A stretch of DNA of 64,000 nt from Phycisphaerae bacterium (GCA_963675745.2 CAXXWX010000004.1:1-64000); one strand, 5' to 3'. Positions 19,317-30,742 are shown, counted from the first letter of the stretch. Numbers and translations: made by a program. The notes: generated by a model from the sequence alone, not told the origin.

Positions 19317-20414
19317 ATGCGCGTACTCTGGTTGGTGCGACACAATCTGAGAGAGCACCCCGGCGGGGACACGGTTCAGATACTCAATACGGCCGCCGCA
19401 CTCGAGCGGCTCGGCGTTACGATTGAGCTCACCGCTGATGCCCGCCCGGATTTCCGCGCACACGATCTCGCGCACCTTTTCCACCTCGATCGCCTCTGGG
19501 AAAACGCCGATTACTGCCGACGGATTCGCGCCGCTGGGCGTCCGGCGGTGCTCAGCACGATTTACTGGCCAAGCGACGAGTTTGATCGCGCGGGGCGCGC
19601 CGGACTACAGGGCCTGCTGGCGCGAACATTGGGCAGTGATGCCTATCGCACGCTGCGCGTGCTTCAGCGGGGATTGCTGGATGCGTTGCAGCGCGGCCGC
19701 GCGCACGGCGTGCGTGCCTTTCCATTTAGTTTCAAGCGCTGCGCGCGCTACGTGTTAGAGACGATGTCGGTGTTGCTGCCGAACAGCGCCGCCGAGCGCG
19801 ACGTGATCGCGCGGCAATTCGACGTGGTGCGGCCGGCGGTGGTTGTACCGAACGCCGTCGATGTTGAGGCGTTCGCCTTCGCCGGGCCGCCTGTTGGCGA
19901 GCGCTCTGGCGTGTTGTGCGTTGGGCGCATCGAGCCGCGCAAGGGGCAGCTCGCCCTGATTCGAGCGCTGCGCGACACGGACATTCCGCTCCGACTCGTT
20001 GGGGCTTGCGGGCGTTTCAACTCGGCGTACGAACGGCGCTGTCGCCGCGCGGCCGGCGCGAATGTCACGTTTCTGGGGCAGCGAACGCCCGCGGAGCTGC
20101 GCGACTTGTACGCCGGTGCGGCGGTACATGCATGCGTGAGTTGGTACGAGACGCCGGGCCTCGCCAGTCTGGAGGCGGGGTTATGTGGCTGCGCGCTGGT
20201 GGTCACGCCGGGTGGAAGCACGCGCGAGTACTTTGGTGACGAGGTCGAGTACTGTGAGGCGGGCGATCCCCGGGCAATCCGGTCCGCGGTCGGGCGCGCC
20301 ATTTCCATCGCGGCGTCGCCGCAGCTGGCCGCGCGCATCGCGCGCGAGTATACCTGGGAAGCGGCGGCGCGCAGGACGCTGGAGGGATATGAGCTGGCGC
20401 TGGCGGCGCGCTGA
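19317..20414 (+). CDS. GT4 glycosyltransferase
   Basis: GGD motif, VPNAVD, VGRIEPRKGQ, YETPGLASLEA. Confidence 0.92.
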   Translation: MRVLWLVRHNLREHPGGDTVQILNTAAALERLGVTIELTADARPDFRAHDLAHLFHLDRLWENADYCRRIRAAGRPAVLSTIYWPSDEFDRAGRAGLQGLLARTLGSDAYRTLRVLQRGLLDALQRGRAHGVRAFPFSFKRCARYVLETMSVLLPNSAAERDVIARQFDVVRPAVVVPNAVDVEAFAFAGPPVGERSGVLCVGRIEPRKGQLALIRALRDTDIPLRLVGACGRFNSAYERRCRRAAGANVTFLGQRTPAELRDLYAGAAVHACVSWYETPGLASLEAGLCGCALVVTPGGSTREYFGDEVEYCEAGDPRAIRSAVGRAISIAASPQLAARIAREYTWEAAARRTLEGYELALAAR

Positions 20415-20430
20415 CGCGCGACGCGGGCCG

Positions 20431-22153
20431 CTATGGCTCCCCGGGCGGCCAATCCAGCGCGAAGATGTACAACGTCTCGCTGGGGGGTGTGGTTGTCCTG
20501 ATACACCTGCCGTATGTGCGGCGCGATGAGTGGGTCGCCGCAGAGCGCTTGCAGCAGAGCGGCGTTTTCGCCGCGCTCGAAGTCGTGCGGGTCATCACTC
20601 GTTTCAATCGCGAAGTAGTCGGCGCGCGCGGCGATGAGCAATCCACGCAGCGCGCCAACGTCGGCGGCGTCCTCGTACCACGGCTGCCAGGCGGTGTCGG
20701 CATAGAACGCCACGCGCCGCGGGCCACTGCCCGAAACCAGCAGCTTGGAGGTGGCGCGCTGATCATGCCGCGCCAACCAGCGTCCGGCGCGCTGCAGGTA
20801 ACCCTCCAAGCCGTTGGGCACGCGCAGCGAATAGATGGCAAGCGGCAGAACCAGCACGCCCACCAGCCACGGCCAACGGTGCAGGCGGCCGGAGCGCTGC
20901 CAGCGCTTGTGTACACCGGCGAGTGCGGCGGCCGCGAATGGCATCAGCAGCATGATCAATACGAGCGTGTGCCGCGGATTCAGATAGCCGTACTTCGATA
21001 GCAACATGAGTGTCAACGTCAGGTGCAATGCAAAACATGTCGCCAGGCCGACAACGGCGGCGTGCGCGAGGTGCCGACGCAACCAGAGGACGCCGATCAA
21101 TCCAAGCAGCGGCACAACCACGCGCCCGGCGCGCAGTGTCTCATAGAGGGATTGTGGCAACAGTTGAATCGCCGGCATATCGCGCCGCATGAGCTTGGCA
21201 AACGCTACCGGCGCGTAGTCGGTACCCTGTCGCTCGGACAATGTCGGGTGTGCCACTGCTCTTGAGCAGTGCTTCCCCTGTTGTACGGCAGCACTGCTCA
21301 AGAGCAGTGGCACACCGATTATCTCGAGTGCGGCGGCCCGCTCAAACTCGATCGGCGGCGCGTCGCACCGCAACCACTCCAAGGGGTTCTTCTTGGCGGA
21401 GATTCGCCCGGTCACGGCGAAATACGGCCCGGCAACGACAGCGAACGCCACGACCAGCGCCGCGGCGCGCGGCAGCAGCCGTCGCCAACTCGTGGACACG
21501 CGCATCGCCAGCAGCGTGGCCGCGCCGGCAAGCAGGACCGCTCCGCCCTCCGGGCGCGTCAGAAACGCCAGCCCCGCACACGCGCCACACAACGCCGCAC
21601 TTGCCACGCCGCGCATGCGCAGCAGCAGGCACGCGCCTGCCAGGTACCACATCAGGTGAAGCTGATCCGACATCGCGTCGACCGAGAGTTGAACGTTGAG
21701 CGGCAGCAGCGTCGCCAGCATAGCCGCCAGGCAGCCGGCCACGCGCGCATCGACCGGGAGTTTCAGCACTGTCACCAGCCTGGCGGTGAGTGCCGCCGCA
21801 AGCACGACCACGGCCATGCCGGACAGCAGCGCGAGCAACTGCCCGCAGCGTTGCCAGGCAAGTGGGGTGTCTGTGAACCCGAGCGCGCCGGCGCCGGCTT
21901 TGACACCCAGAAGCAATGTGGGGAAGAGTGGGTGTTGTTGGGCGGCTGGATCGCGCAGGAACTCTACGCCGCGCGTGCCAAGATCGCGCGCGTACCAGCA
22001 GAACGTGACCGCGTCACGCGACAGGCACGGCATAAGCGTGGCGATGCCCAGCCGCCAGGCGAGCGCAACCAGCAGTATCGTCCCCAGAACACGCCGGTAC
22101 CTGGGACGGCGCATGCCCGGCGCATCCGTATTGGTCGCGTCATGGGTGGGCAT
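20431..22153 (-). CDS. GT-C (ArnT/PMT-like) integral membrane protein; probable frameshift near 20485
   Basis: Multiple TMs; SRDAVTF, HPLFP, MSDQL, AFLTRPEG. The native end is likely ..LYIFALDWPPGEP* at 20431 rather than a read-through antisense to GT4. Confidence 0.75.
21247..21316. repeat. Inverted pair of REP-like hairpins inside a CDS
   Basis: Perfect 27-bp inverted repeat GGTGTGCCACTGCTCTTGAGCAGTGCT / 16-nt spacer / AGCACTGCTCAAGAGCAGTGGCACACC. Confidence 0.85.
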
Positions 22154-22364
22154 CGTCTGATTTGCTGGCATATGACCGGCTGTGCGACCTCACTGCGCGT
22201 CGTCAGCACTCACGATAGCCGGTGCCCAGCGGGTGGACAAGCGGTCAGTCCTCCGCGTGCCCGGGTCTCGCCGAGCTTACGACTGAGGTTCGGTCAACGG
22301 AGCCGTCAGAATGCAACGGCAGCGTCAGGTTCGGAGGCCTGACGCTGCCGTCGGATTGGCGTAT

Positions 22365-24947
22365 TCAACCGGTCAGCAGCGCGATGAACGCGTCAATGTC
22401 GCCGTTGTTCAGCAAACCATCGCCGTTGCAGTCCGCGTTCATGATGTCGCAGCCCGGATACTGAGCGGCGTATGTCAGCGGATCGGTGACCGCCAGCACA
22501 AACGGGTCGATATCGCCGTTGTTCTTGAGGCCGTCGCAGTTCAGATCGCCGACCGGCTCACACTCGTCTGGCACGCCGCTGCCATTGAGATCGGTGGACG
22601 TCCCGTCAGCGATATCGCACTCATCGGGGATGCTATTGGCGTTGCAGTCATGGCAGGCGGGGTTGTTCGGGTCGCAGCCGGCGATGTCGTCGGAGTCGGG
22701 CACGCCGTTGGCGTTGCAGTCGCAGAAGGCGCCGAAGATGTAGGCCGAGCCAACGGCGTAGTTGTCCTCGACGGAGCCGACGATGATGGTCCCACCCGAG
22801 ATGGCGACATCCCAGCCGAACAGGTCGCCCGCCTCATTGTCGGACGAGACGATTTCGACACTGGGCTCCAAAACGCCGCCCCAGCCCCACGCGGGCCTCT
22901 CAAAGAGGTAGGTGTAGCCAAGCTCATTCGGGTCGTAGATCGGCGCGGTACCGATGATGACCGTGTCGCCTTCGATTGCTACGCTGTGGCCAAACAAGGC
23001 ATCGATGGTCTGGGTCGGGTCGCGCAGCTTGGCGCCTTGCTCCCAGTAAGGCCCCATTCCGGTGCGCGTGAAGACGTACGCCGAGCCGGAGTTCGGGTAG
23101 TCGTATTCATCGAAGAGTGCGCCGATGACCGCGGTCGTGCCGTCGAGATCGCAGGAAAAACCGAACTGCTCGGCGCCGATGGCATCGGAGGCCATCAGCT
23201 TGCCATCGAGTGTCCAAGCTCCAACGTAGCGGTAGGCATACACCGCACCGGCCGCGTCGCCGGCCTCGTCATCGCCATCGGCGCCCACCAGCAGGTAGTC
23301 ACCGTTGATGGCAACCGAGCGGCCCACGCGATCGTCGTAAGAAGCGCCGGGATTGAGCGTCTGGCCGGATTCCCAGGTGCAGTCGTTGGGGTCGTTCGGT
23401 TCGCACTCGCGCTCAAACGTGTAGGCTGCGCCTGACCAGTAGTTGGTCCCCGGAGCGCCGACGACTATTGTCTCGCCGTCAATGGCGACAGCTTCGCCAA
23501 AGGTCGGCTCATCGTCGGCGGAACCGACGACCTGGTCTTCGTGCATGTCCACCCAACCTCCCGGCGGCTTCTCGAAGACATACGCCCGTCCCCAGTGCTC
23601 TGACAGTTGCAGGTTTAGTTTCTGCCCACCGACCACGATCGTGTCGTCGCTGATGTCCACGGCCTGGCCGAAGTGATACTGGTTGAAATACTGGTTGAAT
23701 TCCGGCGAGAGGATCGCAACCTGGTTCCAGATGCCGCCGCCAAACTCGTAAACATACGCGATGCCGTAATATTGCCAGTTGGGGTCGACGTCGTCCCGGT
23801 GGTGCTGCCAGGCGCCGACCACAGCGGTGTTGCCGTCGATCGCGACCGCGTATCCGTAGTTCCCACCACCTTCCGACGGCGTCAGTTGTGTCAGCTCGTT
23901 CGACCAGCACATCGGCGGCGTGCATTCGTCGGGGATGCCGTCACCGTCGAGATCCTCGCTGGCGCCCGTGTCTATATCGCACCAGTCCAGGATGCCGTTG
24001 CCGTTGCAGTCGTTGGCCAGCGGCCCGATCGGCGGCACTTCGCACTCGTCGAGTGTGCCATTGCCATTGCAATCGGAACACCACACGCTGCCGTCGCACT
24101 CACTCATGTCCCACGTATCGGGGATGCCGTTGCCGTTACAGTCGGTCTCGCACTCGTCGGGGATGCCGTTGCCGTTGATATCGTTGCTGAGCGACTGGCT
24201 AATGTCACAGACATCGAGTTGGCCGTTTCCGTTGCAATCACTGCACCAGGGCTGGCCGCCGCAGTCCTGATGGTCTTCACAGTCATTGATGCCGTTGTCG
24301 TCGCAATCGGTGTCGCAGGGTACGAGGTCTGGCTCGAGCGACACCCATCCCGGATCGCCTGTGCCGGGCGTATCGCCGAACCCGAAATAGAGGCAATCCG
24401 CGTAGATGAAGTAGGGGTCGAGGATTCCGCAGACGCCGACGCGCAGGAACAGCTCATCCTCGCACGGCACGCCGGTGAAACGAAAGGCTCCGATCAGGTA
24501 GTGGTAGCCGAACGTGGTCAGATCCAACACGCGGCGTGTGTCGCCACTGTGGCCCAGTCCCCAGTAAGGTGCTCCACCGTTGCCGATGAGTTCGATGCAG
24601 CCGTCATCGGTTGGATCGAAGTCGCTCTGGTTTGGGTCCCAACGATGGTAGGCGCCCCCCGGGCCCCAGCCGTCGTTGTAGACCGTGGCGGGTTCAATCA
24701 CCATCCCGTCAAAGCACACGCAGATTTTGGGCCAAGCTCCACCGCCACCCGGCTCGATGTACGCCCACAAGTAGATGATCTCGTCAATACAGGGCACTTC
24801 CTCGTTTTCGAACTCATATGGCACGTTGAACAGGTCATCCGAGGTTGAGAAGTAGAACCGAATGCAAACCGCGTCTGTACTCGGCACATTGGCCGCCACC
24901 AGCACGGTGGTCAGCACAATAGCAATTCTCAGCATGGTTCTGGACAT
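22365..24947 (-). CDS. Secreted FG-GAP beta-propeller protein with DCNGNG repeats and C-terminal dockerin-like domain
   Basis: Signal peptide; repeated FG.xVAIxGxTx[15 protein letters not shown] repeats; [16 protein letters not shown]. Confidence 0.9.
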   Translation of the reverse strand: MSRTMLRIAIVLTTVLVAANVPSTDAVCIRFYFSTSDDLFNVPYEFENEEVPCIDEIIYLWAYIEPGGGGAWPKICVCFDGMVIEPATVYNDGWGPGGAYHRWDPNQSDFDPTDDGCIELIGNGGAPYWGLGHSGDTRRVLDLTTFGYHYLIGAFRFTGVPCEDELFLRVGVCGILDPYFIYADCLYFGFGDTPGTGDPGWVSLEPDLVPCDTDCDDNGINDCEDHQDCGGQPWCSDCNGNGQLDVCDISQSLSNDINGNGIPDECETDCNGNGIPDTWDMSECDGSVWCSDCNGNGTLDECEVPPIGPLANDCNGNGILDWCDIDTGASEDLDGDGIPDECTPPMCWSNELTQLTPSEGGGNYGYAVAIDGNTAVVGAWQHHRDDVDPNWQYYGIAYVYEFGGGIWNQVAILSPEFNQYFNQYHFGQAVDISDDTIVVGGQKLNLQLSEHWGRAYVFEKPPGGWVDMHEDQVVGSADDEPTFGEAVAIDGETIVVGAPGTNYWSGAAYTFERECEPNDPNDCTWESGQTLNPGASYDDRVGRSVAINGDYLLVGADGDDEAGDAAGAVYAYRYVGAWTLDGKLMASDAIGAEQFGFSCDLDGTTAVIGALFDEYDYPNSGSAYVFTRTGMGPYWEQGAKLRDPTQTIDALFGHSVAIEGDTVIIGTAPIYDPNELGYTYLFERPAWGWGGVLEPSVEIVSSDNEAGDLFGWDVAISGGTIIVGSVEDNYAVGSAYIFGAFCDCNANGVPDSDDIAGCDPNNPACHDCNANSIPDECDIADGTSTDLNGSGVPDECEPVGDLNCDGLKNNGDIDPFVLAVTDPLTYAAQYPGCDIMNADCNGDGLLNNGDIDAFIALLTG

Positions 24948-25379
24948 CGTAGCTCTCCTCCGGGGCGAGTTGCCCGGCGCGCAACCACGGCGAGCCGGCG
25001 GTTACTGTCGCTTGTTCCCGCTAACCCCCAATGCGTGATCAATAGCGCACGCTTACCCGACGCTGCCGGTAAACCGCCCGGCCGACGGTCCCTGACAACC
25101 GCACGTAGCGACGAGACAACAGTGATCTGCGCGCGTAATAGGTAATGTCGGGGTGACCGTACACGCTCTCACGTGTACACATCGTAACCGCAAATGTGAC
25201 AGACCCCCGTACATCACATTTTCCCCTGCTGAACTGCACAGCAACTCCAGTTTACACCTTCGCGCGTCGCAGTCAATATCCAAGCGGCCGATCACCGCAT
25301 CGCCGTTGAATGATGTGTTCCGTGCGTGCCGTGCCATAGCCGGTGCGGCGAGCCGCACCCTACCTTGAAACCGGCGCCG

Positions 25380-28300
25380 CTACCGCCCGATCAGAAGCGC
25401 GATGAACGCATCGATGTCGCCGTTGTTTGTCCAGCCGTCGGCGTTGATGTCGGCGAGCGTGATGTCGCAGTCCGGGTATTCGTCGGCGTATTGTTCGGGA
25501 TACGACAGCGCGAAGACGAAGGCATCGACATCGCCGTTGTTAACCCATCCGTCGCAATTCAAATCACCATAGCCGTGTGAACCGAATTCGTATGCGCCGA
25601 TGTCGACGACCCGTGTGTCATCGCTATCGCCGTCCCAGACGCGGACACGGCCCGCCAGATCAGTTTCGCCCAAGTCGGCTACGAAGTTTGGATCACCGGC
25701 ATCGACGCACGGTGAGTCCGTTGTCAGCCGGTAGTCGTTGTCTTCCCAGGTGTTGGGATCTTCGTCGGAGCCGTCTGGATCGGTAAACAGCGGGTCGGCG
25801 TCGATATTGCCCGTGCCGGGCCAGCCACCCTTGACGTCGCAGTAGAGCACAACAGGGGCGCCACTGTAACTGTAGATCTCCTGTGGCGTGTTGTCCCAGA
25901 GGATGCAGTTGGCAAGAGCGGGGCCCACGTTGGCACAGTAGATGCCGCCGCCAAGGCCATAGACATGATTGGCGGAGTTGTCACTGATCGTGCAGTTTGT
26001 GAGCGTGGCGTAGCTGTCCGCCGCGCAGTACACGCCGCCGCCGTGCGTCGCTGAATTCCCGTTGATGGCGCAGTTGGTGAGGGTTGGGTTGCTGTCGGAG
26101 CAGTACACGCCGCCGCCATCTTGGTAGTAGAAGGTGGCAGCCGAGTTTCCGCTGATCGTGCAGTTGTTGAGCATGGGGCTGCTGTTGTAGCAGCAGAGTC
26201 CCGCGCCGTCGGCTTCGGCCGTATTCCCCGCGATCGTGCAGTTGATGAGTGTGGCGTTGCTGTTCCAGCAGAGGACGCCGCCACCGCCCCGAACAGCCGA
26301 GTTCTCAGTGATCGTGCAGTCGGTGAGCGTCGGGTTGCTGTCGGCGCAGTAAACACCGCCGCCGCCATGGTGAAAGTAACTGCTCGAATTGCGGCTGATC
26401 GTACAGTTGCTGAGCGTCGAGTTGCCGCCGGAGTTGCACGAGACTCCGGCGCCGTCGGCGCCGGTGTTGTCCATGACGACGCAGCCGATCATGGTCAGGC
26501 TGCTGGCGGAGCAGTAAACGCCACCACCGCTGCCGGCGGCGGAATTACGACTGATCTCGCAATTGGTGAATGTCGGAGAGCCTTGATGGCAACAGACGCC
26601 GCCGCCGTTCCCGTCCGAGGCATTCCCTGTGATCGTGCAGCAGTTGAACGTCAGGTTGCTGTTCGAGTCACAGTAGACGCCATGGGCCGGGTTATCGCTG
26701 ATGGCGCAGTTGGTGAACGTCGGGTTGCTGCCTGCCTGGCAGTGGACGCCGGCATCCGAATTCCCGCTGATAACGCAATTGGTGAACGTTGGGTTGCTGG
26801 CGGACTTGCAGTAAATGCCGGCGGCCGAGTTTTCGCTGATGGCGCAGTTTAAGAACGTTGGGTTGCTGTCGGCGTTGCAGGTGACGCCGCCGCCAAACCT
26901 GGCCGCGCTATCGCTGATCACGCAGTTGATGAGCGTCGGGCTGCTGTGATTGTGGCAATAGACGCCGCCGCCAATGTCGTAGAACTCGCGCCCGTTGGTG
27001 ATCGTAAGCCCCTCAACGATCGAGTCCGGGCCCTCGCCGTTTCGGAAATCAATCCCCCGGTCGTCCCTCTGGCAGTCGATGACGCACAGCGCCCGGTCAC
27101 CCAAGGCGCTGCGCAGGGTGATGGCCTTGCCGCCGAAGTCGAGGTTCTTGTTCCCCGTTCCCGTGTACGTCCCGTCCGCAATCTCCACGACGTCGCCCGG
27201 TAGCGCCGTGTCGATCGCCTCCTGGATCGTTGAGGATTCACCCGGTACGTGGAATGTGTGCCCCGATACATACAGCGTGATGACCACGTGGCGCGGTGAG
27301 TTCACGGCCTGCGGGTCGGCGATCGCCAGCACGGCGGTGTACGCGCCATAGGGTAGGCCACTGATATCGACGCCGATGGTTACCTCGTCCACTTCGCCGC
27401 TCGAATCGCCGCCACCGGGCGCGACCGTCATCCACGCGGGCCGGCCGCTGATTTCCCAGTTCAGCTTCCCTCCGCCGCAGTTACGCAGCGCTAGCAACTG
27501 ACTCGCCGGGTCGTCTCCGCCCTCCGGCGCGGAGAACTCGAACCTCGCCGGGCTCAGCGCGATCGAGGGTACGGCGGGGTTGAATTCGTAGGCGCCCATG
27601 TCTGCGATGGCGATAGCGTCGCCGTTACCGTCCAGTGGGCGCGCGTTGCCGTCCAGATCGCCGGGCGGCAGACCGCCGGCGGGTGCGTTCGTGCCCGCGT
27701 CGATACAGGGTGAGTTCGGCGTCAGATATGGGTCACCTGGAAAGGCGAATAGCGGGTCGGTGTCGATATTGCCCGCGCCCGACCAGCCGCCCTTGATGTC
27801 GCAGTAGGTCACGACCGCGCTGCCGCTGTAGGTGAGAATCTCCTGCGGCAGGTTATCCCACAGAATGCAGTTGGCGAGCGTCGGGTTGCCGCTGCAGTGG
27901 ATGCCGCCGCCGTCCTGGTCGGCGGCGTTCCCCGTGATGGTGCAATTGGTGATCGTCGCGTTGTCCCCGCAGTAGATGCCGCCGCCGGAGCGGGCGTGAT
28001 TCCCGCTGCATGTGCAGTTCGTGAGCGTCGCGGGCGTGTCGTAGTAACAGTAGATGCCACCGCCGTTGCCGCGGGTTGAGTTTCCGTTGATTGCGCACTT
28101 TGTGAGCGCTAGGCCGCCGGTGCTGTAGCAGTGGATGCCGCCGCCGCTGCCGCGGGCTGAATTCCCGTTGATTGCGCAGTTTGTGAGCGTTGGGGCGCAG
28201 GCGTTCTCGCAGCAGATGGCGCCGCCTGTGCCGCTGGCTGTGTTTCCGTTGATCGCGCAGTTCGTGAGCGTCAGGCAACTGGCCTCGTGGCAGCAGATGG

Positions 28301-28916
28301 CGCCGCCGTCGTGGGCGGAATTTCCGCTGATCGTGCAATTGGTGAGCGTGGGATTGCTGGAGAACTCACAGTAGATGGCGCCGCCGTTGCCGGCCAGATT
28401 TTCGGTGATCGTGCAAACGGCGAGCATCGGGGCGCTTTGGATGCAGTAGAGGGCCCCCCCCAGATCGGCCATGTTTCCAGTAATGGCGCAATTGAGAAAC
28501 GTCGGATCACTGTTGGAGCAGTAGATGGCGCCGCCGTAGCCGTTACCGTGGCTGTCGTAGCTGACGTAAGCGTTCCTGATCGTCAGCCCTTCGGCGATCG
28601 AGTCAGGGCCCTCGCCACGGTTGAATAGAAACCCGCGGCCATCGTTTTCGCAGTCGATGATGCACAACGCCGGGTCGCGCGAGGCGCCGTGCACCGTGAT
28701 CGCCTTGCCGCCGAAATTGAGGTTCTTGTTGCCCACGCCGGTGTAGGTGCCGTCGGCGATGACGACCTGGTCGCCGTTGTTCGGGTCTGCGGCGTCGATG
28801 GCGGCTTGAATCGTGGGATACTCGCTCGGTACATGCAACTGGTCAGCGTGGACCGCGCATACGACAACCGCAACGGGAACGAGCGAGCCCAGGATGCGAA
28901 ATCGTGGTATCCACAT
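25380..28916 (-). CDS. Secreted right-handed beta-helix repeat protein (two modules, BACON-like linker), dockerin-like tail
   Basis: Repeats GGGIYC..S.PTLTNCTISGN; two copies of TIQ.AID..IADGTYTG.GNKNL.FGGKAIT; DMGAYE. Confidence 0.9.
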   Translation of the reverse strand: MWIPRFRILGSLVPVAVVVCAVHADQLHVPSEYPTIQAAIDAADPNNGDQVVIADGTYTGVGNKNLNFGGKAITVHGASRDPALCIIDCENDGRGFLFNRGEGPDSIAEGLTIRNAYVSYDSHGNGYGGAIYCSNSDPTFLNCAITGNMADLGGALYCIQSAPMLAVCTITENLAGNGGAIYCEFSSNPTLTNCTISGNSAHDGGAICCHEASCLTLTNCAINGNTASGTGGAICCENACAPTLTNCAINGNSARGSGGGIHCYSTGGLALTKCAINGNSTRGNGGGIYCYYDTPATLTNCTCSGNHARSGGGIYCGDNATITNCTITGNAADQDGGGIHCSGNPTLANCILWDNLPQEILTYSGSAVVTYCDIKGGWSGAGNIDTDPLFAFPGDPYLTPNSPCIDAGTNAPAGGLPPGDLDGNARPLDGNGDAIAIADMGAYEFNPAVPSIALSPARFEFSAPEGGDDPASQLLALRNCGGGKLNWEISGRPAWMTVAPGGGDSSGEVDEVTIGVDISGLPYGAYTAVLAIADPQAVNSPRHVVITLYVSGHTFHVPGESSTIQEAIDTALPGDVVEIADGTYTGTGNKNLDFGGKAITLRSALGDRALCVIDCQRDDRGIDFRNGEGPDSIVEGLTITNGREFYDIGGGVYCHNHSSPTLINCVISDSAARFGGGVTCNADSNPTFLNCAISENSAAGIYCKSASNPTFTNCVISGNSDAGVHCQAGSNPTFTNCAISDNPAHGVYCDSNSNLTFNCCTITGNASDGNGGGVCCHQGSPTFTNCEISRNSAAGSGGGVYCSASSLTMIGCVVMDNTGADGAGVSCNSGGNSTLSNCTISRNSSSYFHHGGGGVYCADSNPTLTDCTITENSAVRGGGGVLCWNSNATLINCTIAGNTAEADGAGLCCYNSSPMLNNCTISGNSAATFYYQDGGGVYCSDSNPTLTNCAINGNSATHGGGVYCAADSYATLTNCTISDNSANHVYGLGGGIYCANVGPALANCILWDNTPQEIYSYSGAPVVLYCDVKGGWPGTGNIDADPLFTDPDGSDEDPNTWEDNDYRLTTDSPCVDAGDPNFVADLGETDLAGRVRVWDGDSDDTRVVDIGAYEFGSHGYGDLNCDGWVNNGDVDAFVFALSYPEQYADEYPDCDITLADINADGWTNNGDIDAFIALLIGR

Positions 28917-28943
28917 GACACAATCCTCAATTGACCGGCGCCG

Positions 28944-30644
28944 CTACTGGCCGGTCAGCAGTGCTACGAATGCGTCGATGTCGCCGTTGTTTGTCCAGCC
29001 GTCGGCGTTGATGTCGCCGTTCATGATGTCGCAGTTTGGGTATTCGTCGGCGTATTGCTCGGGATAGGACAATGCGAAGACGAAGGCATCGACATCGCCG
29101 TTGTTGACCCAGCCGTCGCAGTTGAGGTCGCCGAGGGTGTTTTCGCACTCGTCGGGATAGCCGTTGGCGTTGTTGTCGGGGCTGAAGCCGCTGGCGATGT
29201 CGGCGCCGTCGTGGATGCCGTTGCCGTTGCAGTCGCCTAGCCGGGCGAAGTATACGTCTTGCTCGCCGTTGTAGGTGGCGGCGTAGGCCAGGTTGGCGCA
29301 CGTGTTGTCGGAGACCATGTCGTAATAGTCGCCGATCTTGTTCTGGTTGGGCCACCCGAGGTGGCTGTCCCAGACGGGGCCGACGGGCAACTTGCCCAGC
29401 CACGTCTGGCCGGCATCGAGCGAATAGGCGTAGAACAGCTCGCTGAGGTTGTCGGCGCCGGTGTTGCGGGTGTCGTTCCATATCACATCGATACGGCCGT
29501 TCGGCGCGACGGAAATGGCTCCGAACCACTGCCACGTGTCGTGTTGCTCGGGGTGGTAGTCTATCTGGGCGGCGTAGGGCCAGGTCAACCCGCCGTCGGT
29601 GCTGCGCGTGAAATGCACCTTCATGCCGGCTCCCCAGCTTACGGATGCGAGGACGTAGACGTTTCCATGCGTGGGGCCGCCTGAGTGGTCGGTGACCACC
29701 TGTAATTGTCCGGCGATGCCGACAGGGTTGGGCGGTGCGTCTTCTACCAGGAATCCACCCAGGTTGACGGGTATCGTCTGGAAAGTCGGAGTCACGCCGG
29801 CGTCCTTAGCGTCGGTCGATATGGCGACGCGCAGCGGACGCGGCGTTCCCAATGTGGACCTGTGACCGGCGACGTAGACTGTGCCGTCGGGGCCGACTGA
29901 CATCGTGCCATACTTCGGCGAGTCCGGCATCTCTACCGGATACTCGAAGCTCATGCCGTCGTCGATGCTGCGCGAAAACGTATCCCAGCCGCAGCACGAG
30001 AGGGCGATCTGCCAGGTTGTGTAGACGTGGCCTTCGCCCATGCCGCCGGTTCGGTCAATTACGAGCCACGGTTTGTCGCCGCCGCCGACATAGACCGGCG
30101 CGCCCCAGGTAACGCCGCCATCCAGCGACTTGAAGACATGACATGGGGCGACAGGATAACCGTCTGTGACCCCGAGGTAGTAGAAGTTACCGCTGGAATC
30201 GACATCCAATACGGGGTCGCTGCGGAAGACCCCCGGGTCAACAACGCCCGGGAAGGTCCACGTCTGCCCGCCGTCATGGCTGTAGGCCCAGCCGGCCTGG
30301 CGGAAGTTGGACCAGATGTGGTCGAACTGACGCCAGCCGATCACGATCTTGTTCGGATCCGTCGGATCGACCGCCAGACTCGGCTCATTCGCCGCATCAT
30401 CGACGATATTGTCACCGTTGGCGTCGACGTTGACCTGCACGCTAATCACGCCGTGCCGCTCGACAACCATGCCCGGCGAGCGCGGGTGGACGGCGAGCGG
30501 TGGGCCAAACGGTGGCGGTGGGTCGCCGAACGTCTCGTGGGCGCCAAGCCACTGGCTGCCGGCCTGTGCCCCGGGCTGGGCGGCACCGGCGCAAAACACA
30601 ACCGCGGCAGCGCACGCGACGCGCGCCAGACTCCTCGTAATCAT
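28944..30644 (-). CDS. Secreted BNR/Asp-box (sialidase-like) propeller protein, dockerin-like tail
   Basis: Asp boxes SHDGGQTW, SLDGGVTW, SIDDGMSF, STDGGLTW, SLDAGQTW; NEPSLAVDP; IGDY. Confidence 0.9.
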   Translation of the reverse strand: MITRSLARVACAAAVVFCAGAAQPGAQAGSQWLGAHETFGDPPPPFGPPLAVHPRSPGMVVERHGVISVQVNVDANGDNIVDDAANEPSLAVDPTDPNKIVIGWRQFDHIWSNFRQAGWAYSHDGGQTWTFPGVVDPGVFRSDPVLDVDSSGNFYYLGVTDGYPVAPCHVFKSLDGGVTWGAPVYVGGGDKPWLVIDRTGGMGEGHVYTTWQIALSCCGWDTFSRSIDDGMSFEYPVEMPDSPKYGTMSVGPDGTVYVAGHRSTLGTPRPLRVAISTDAKDAGVTPTFQTIPVNLGGFLVEDAPPNPVGIAGQLQVVTDHSGGPTHGNVYVLASVSWGAGMKVHFTRSTDGGLTWPYAAQIDYHPEQHDTWQWFGAISVAPNGRIDVIWNDTRNTGADNLSELFYAYSLDAGQTWLGKLPVGPVWDSHLGWPNQNKIGDYYDMVSDNTCANLAYAATYNGEQDVYFARLGDCNGNGIHDGADIASGFSPDNNANGYPDECENTLGDLNCDGWVNNGDVDAFVFALSYPEQYADEYPNCDIMNGDINADGWTNNGDIDAFVALLTGQ

Positions 30645-30742
30645 GATGTACCCCCTGTCTTCCCCGGCGCGGCGGCGCCGAGGAATCGAGGATCAGTGTG
30701 CATCAGCGCCGCCGGACCGTCCGGCGGCGGTATTTTGCGAGA

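Noticed and set aside
19748..20430. C-terminal extension of the 807-aa minus-strand ORF overlapping GT4
   Set aside because: It is the antisense shadow of GT4, caused by a probable frameshift in a G run near 20485
24950..25380. Riboswitch or ncRNA in long intergenic regions (also 32490-32700, 37300-37760)
   Set aside because: No recognisable consensus by eye; an Rfam/Infernal scan would be needed
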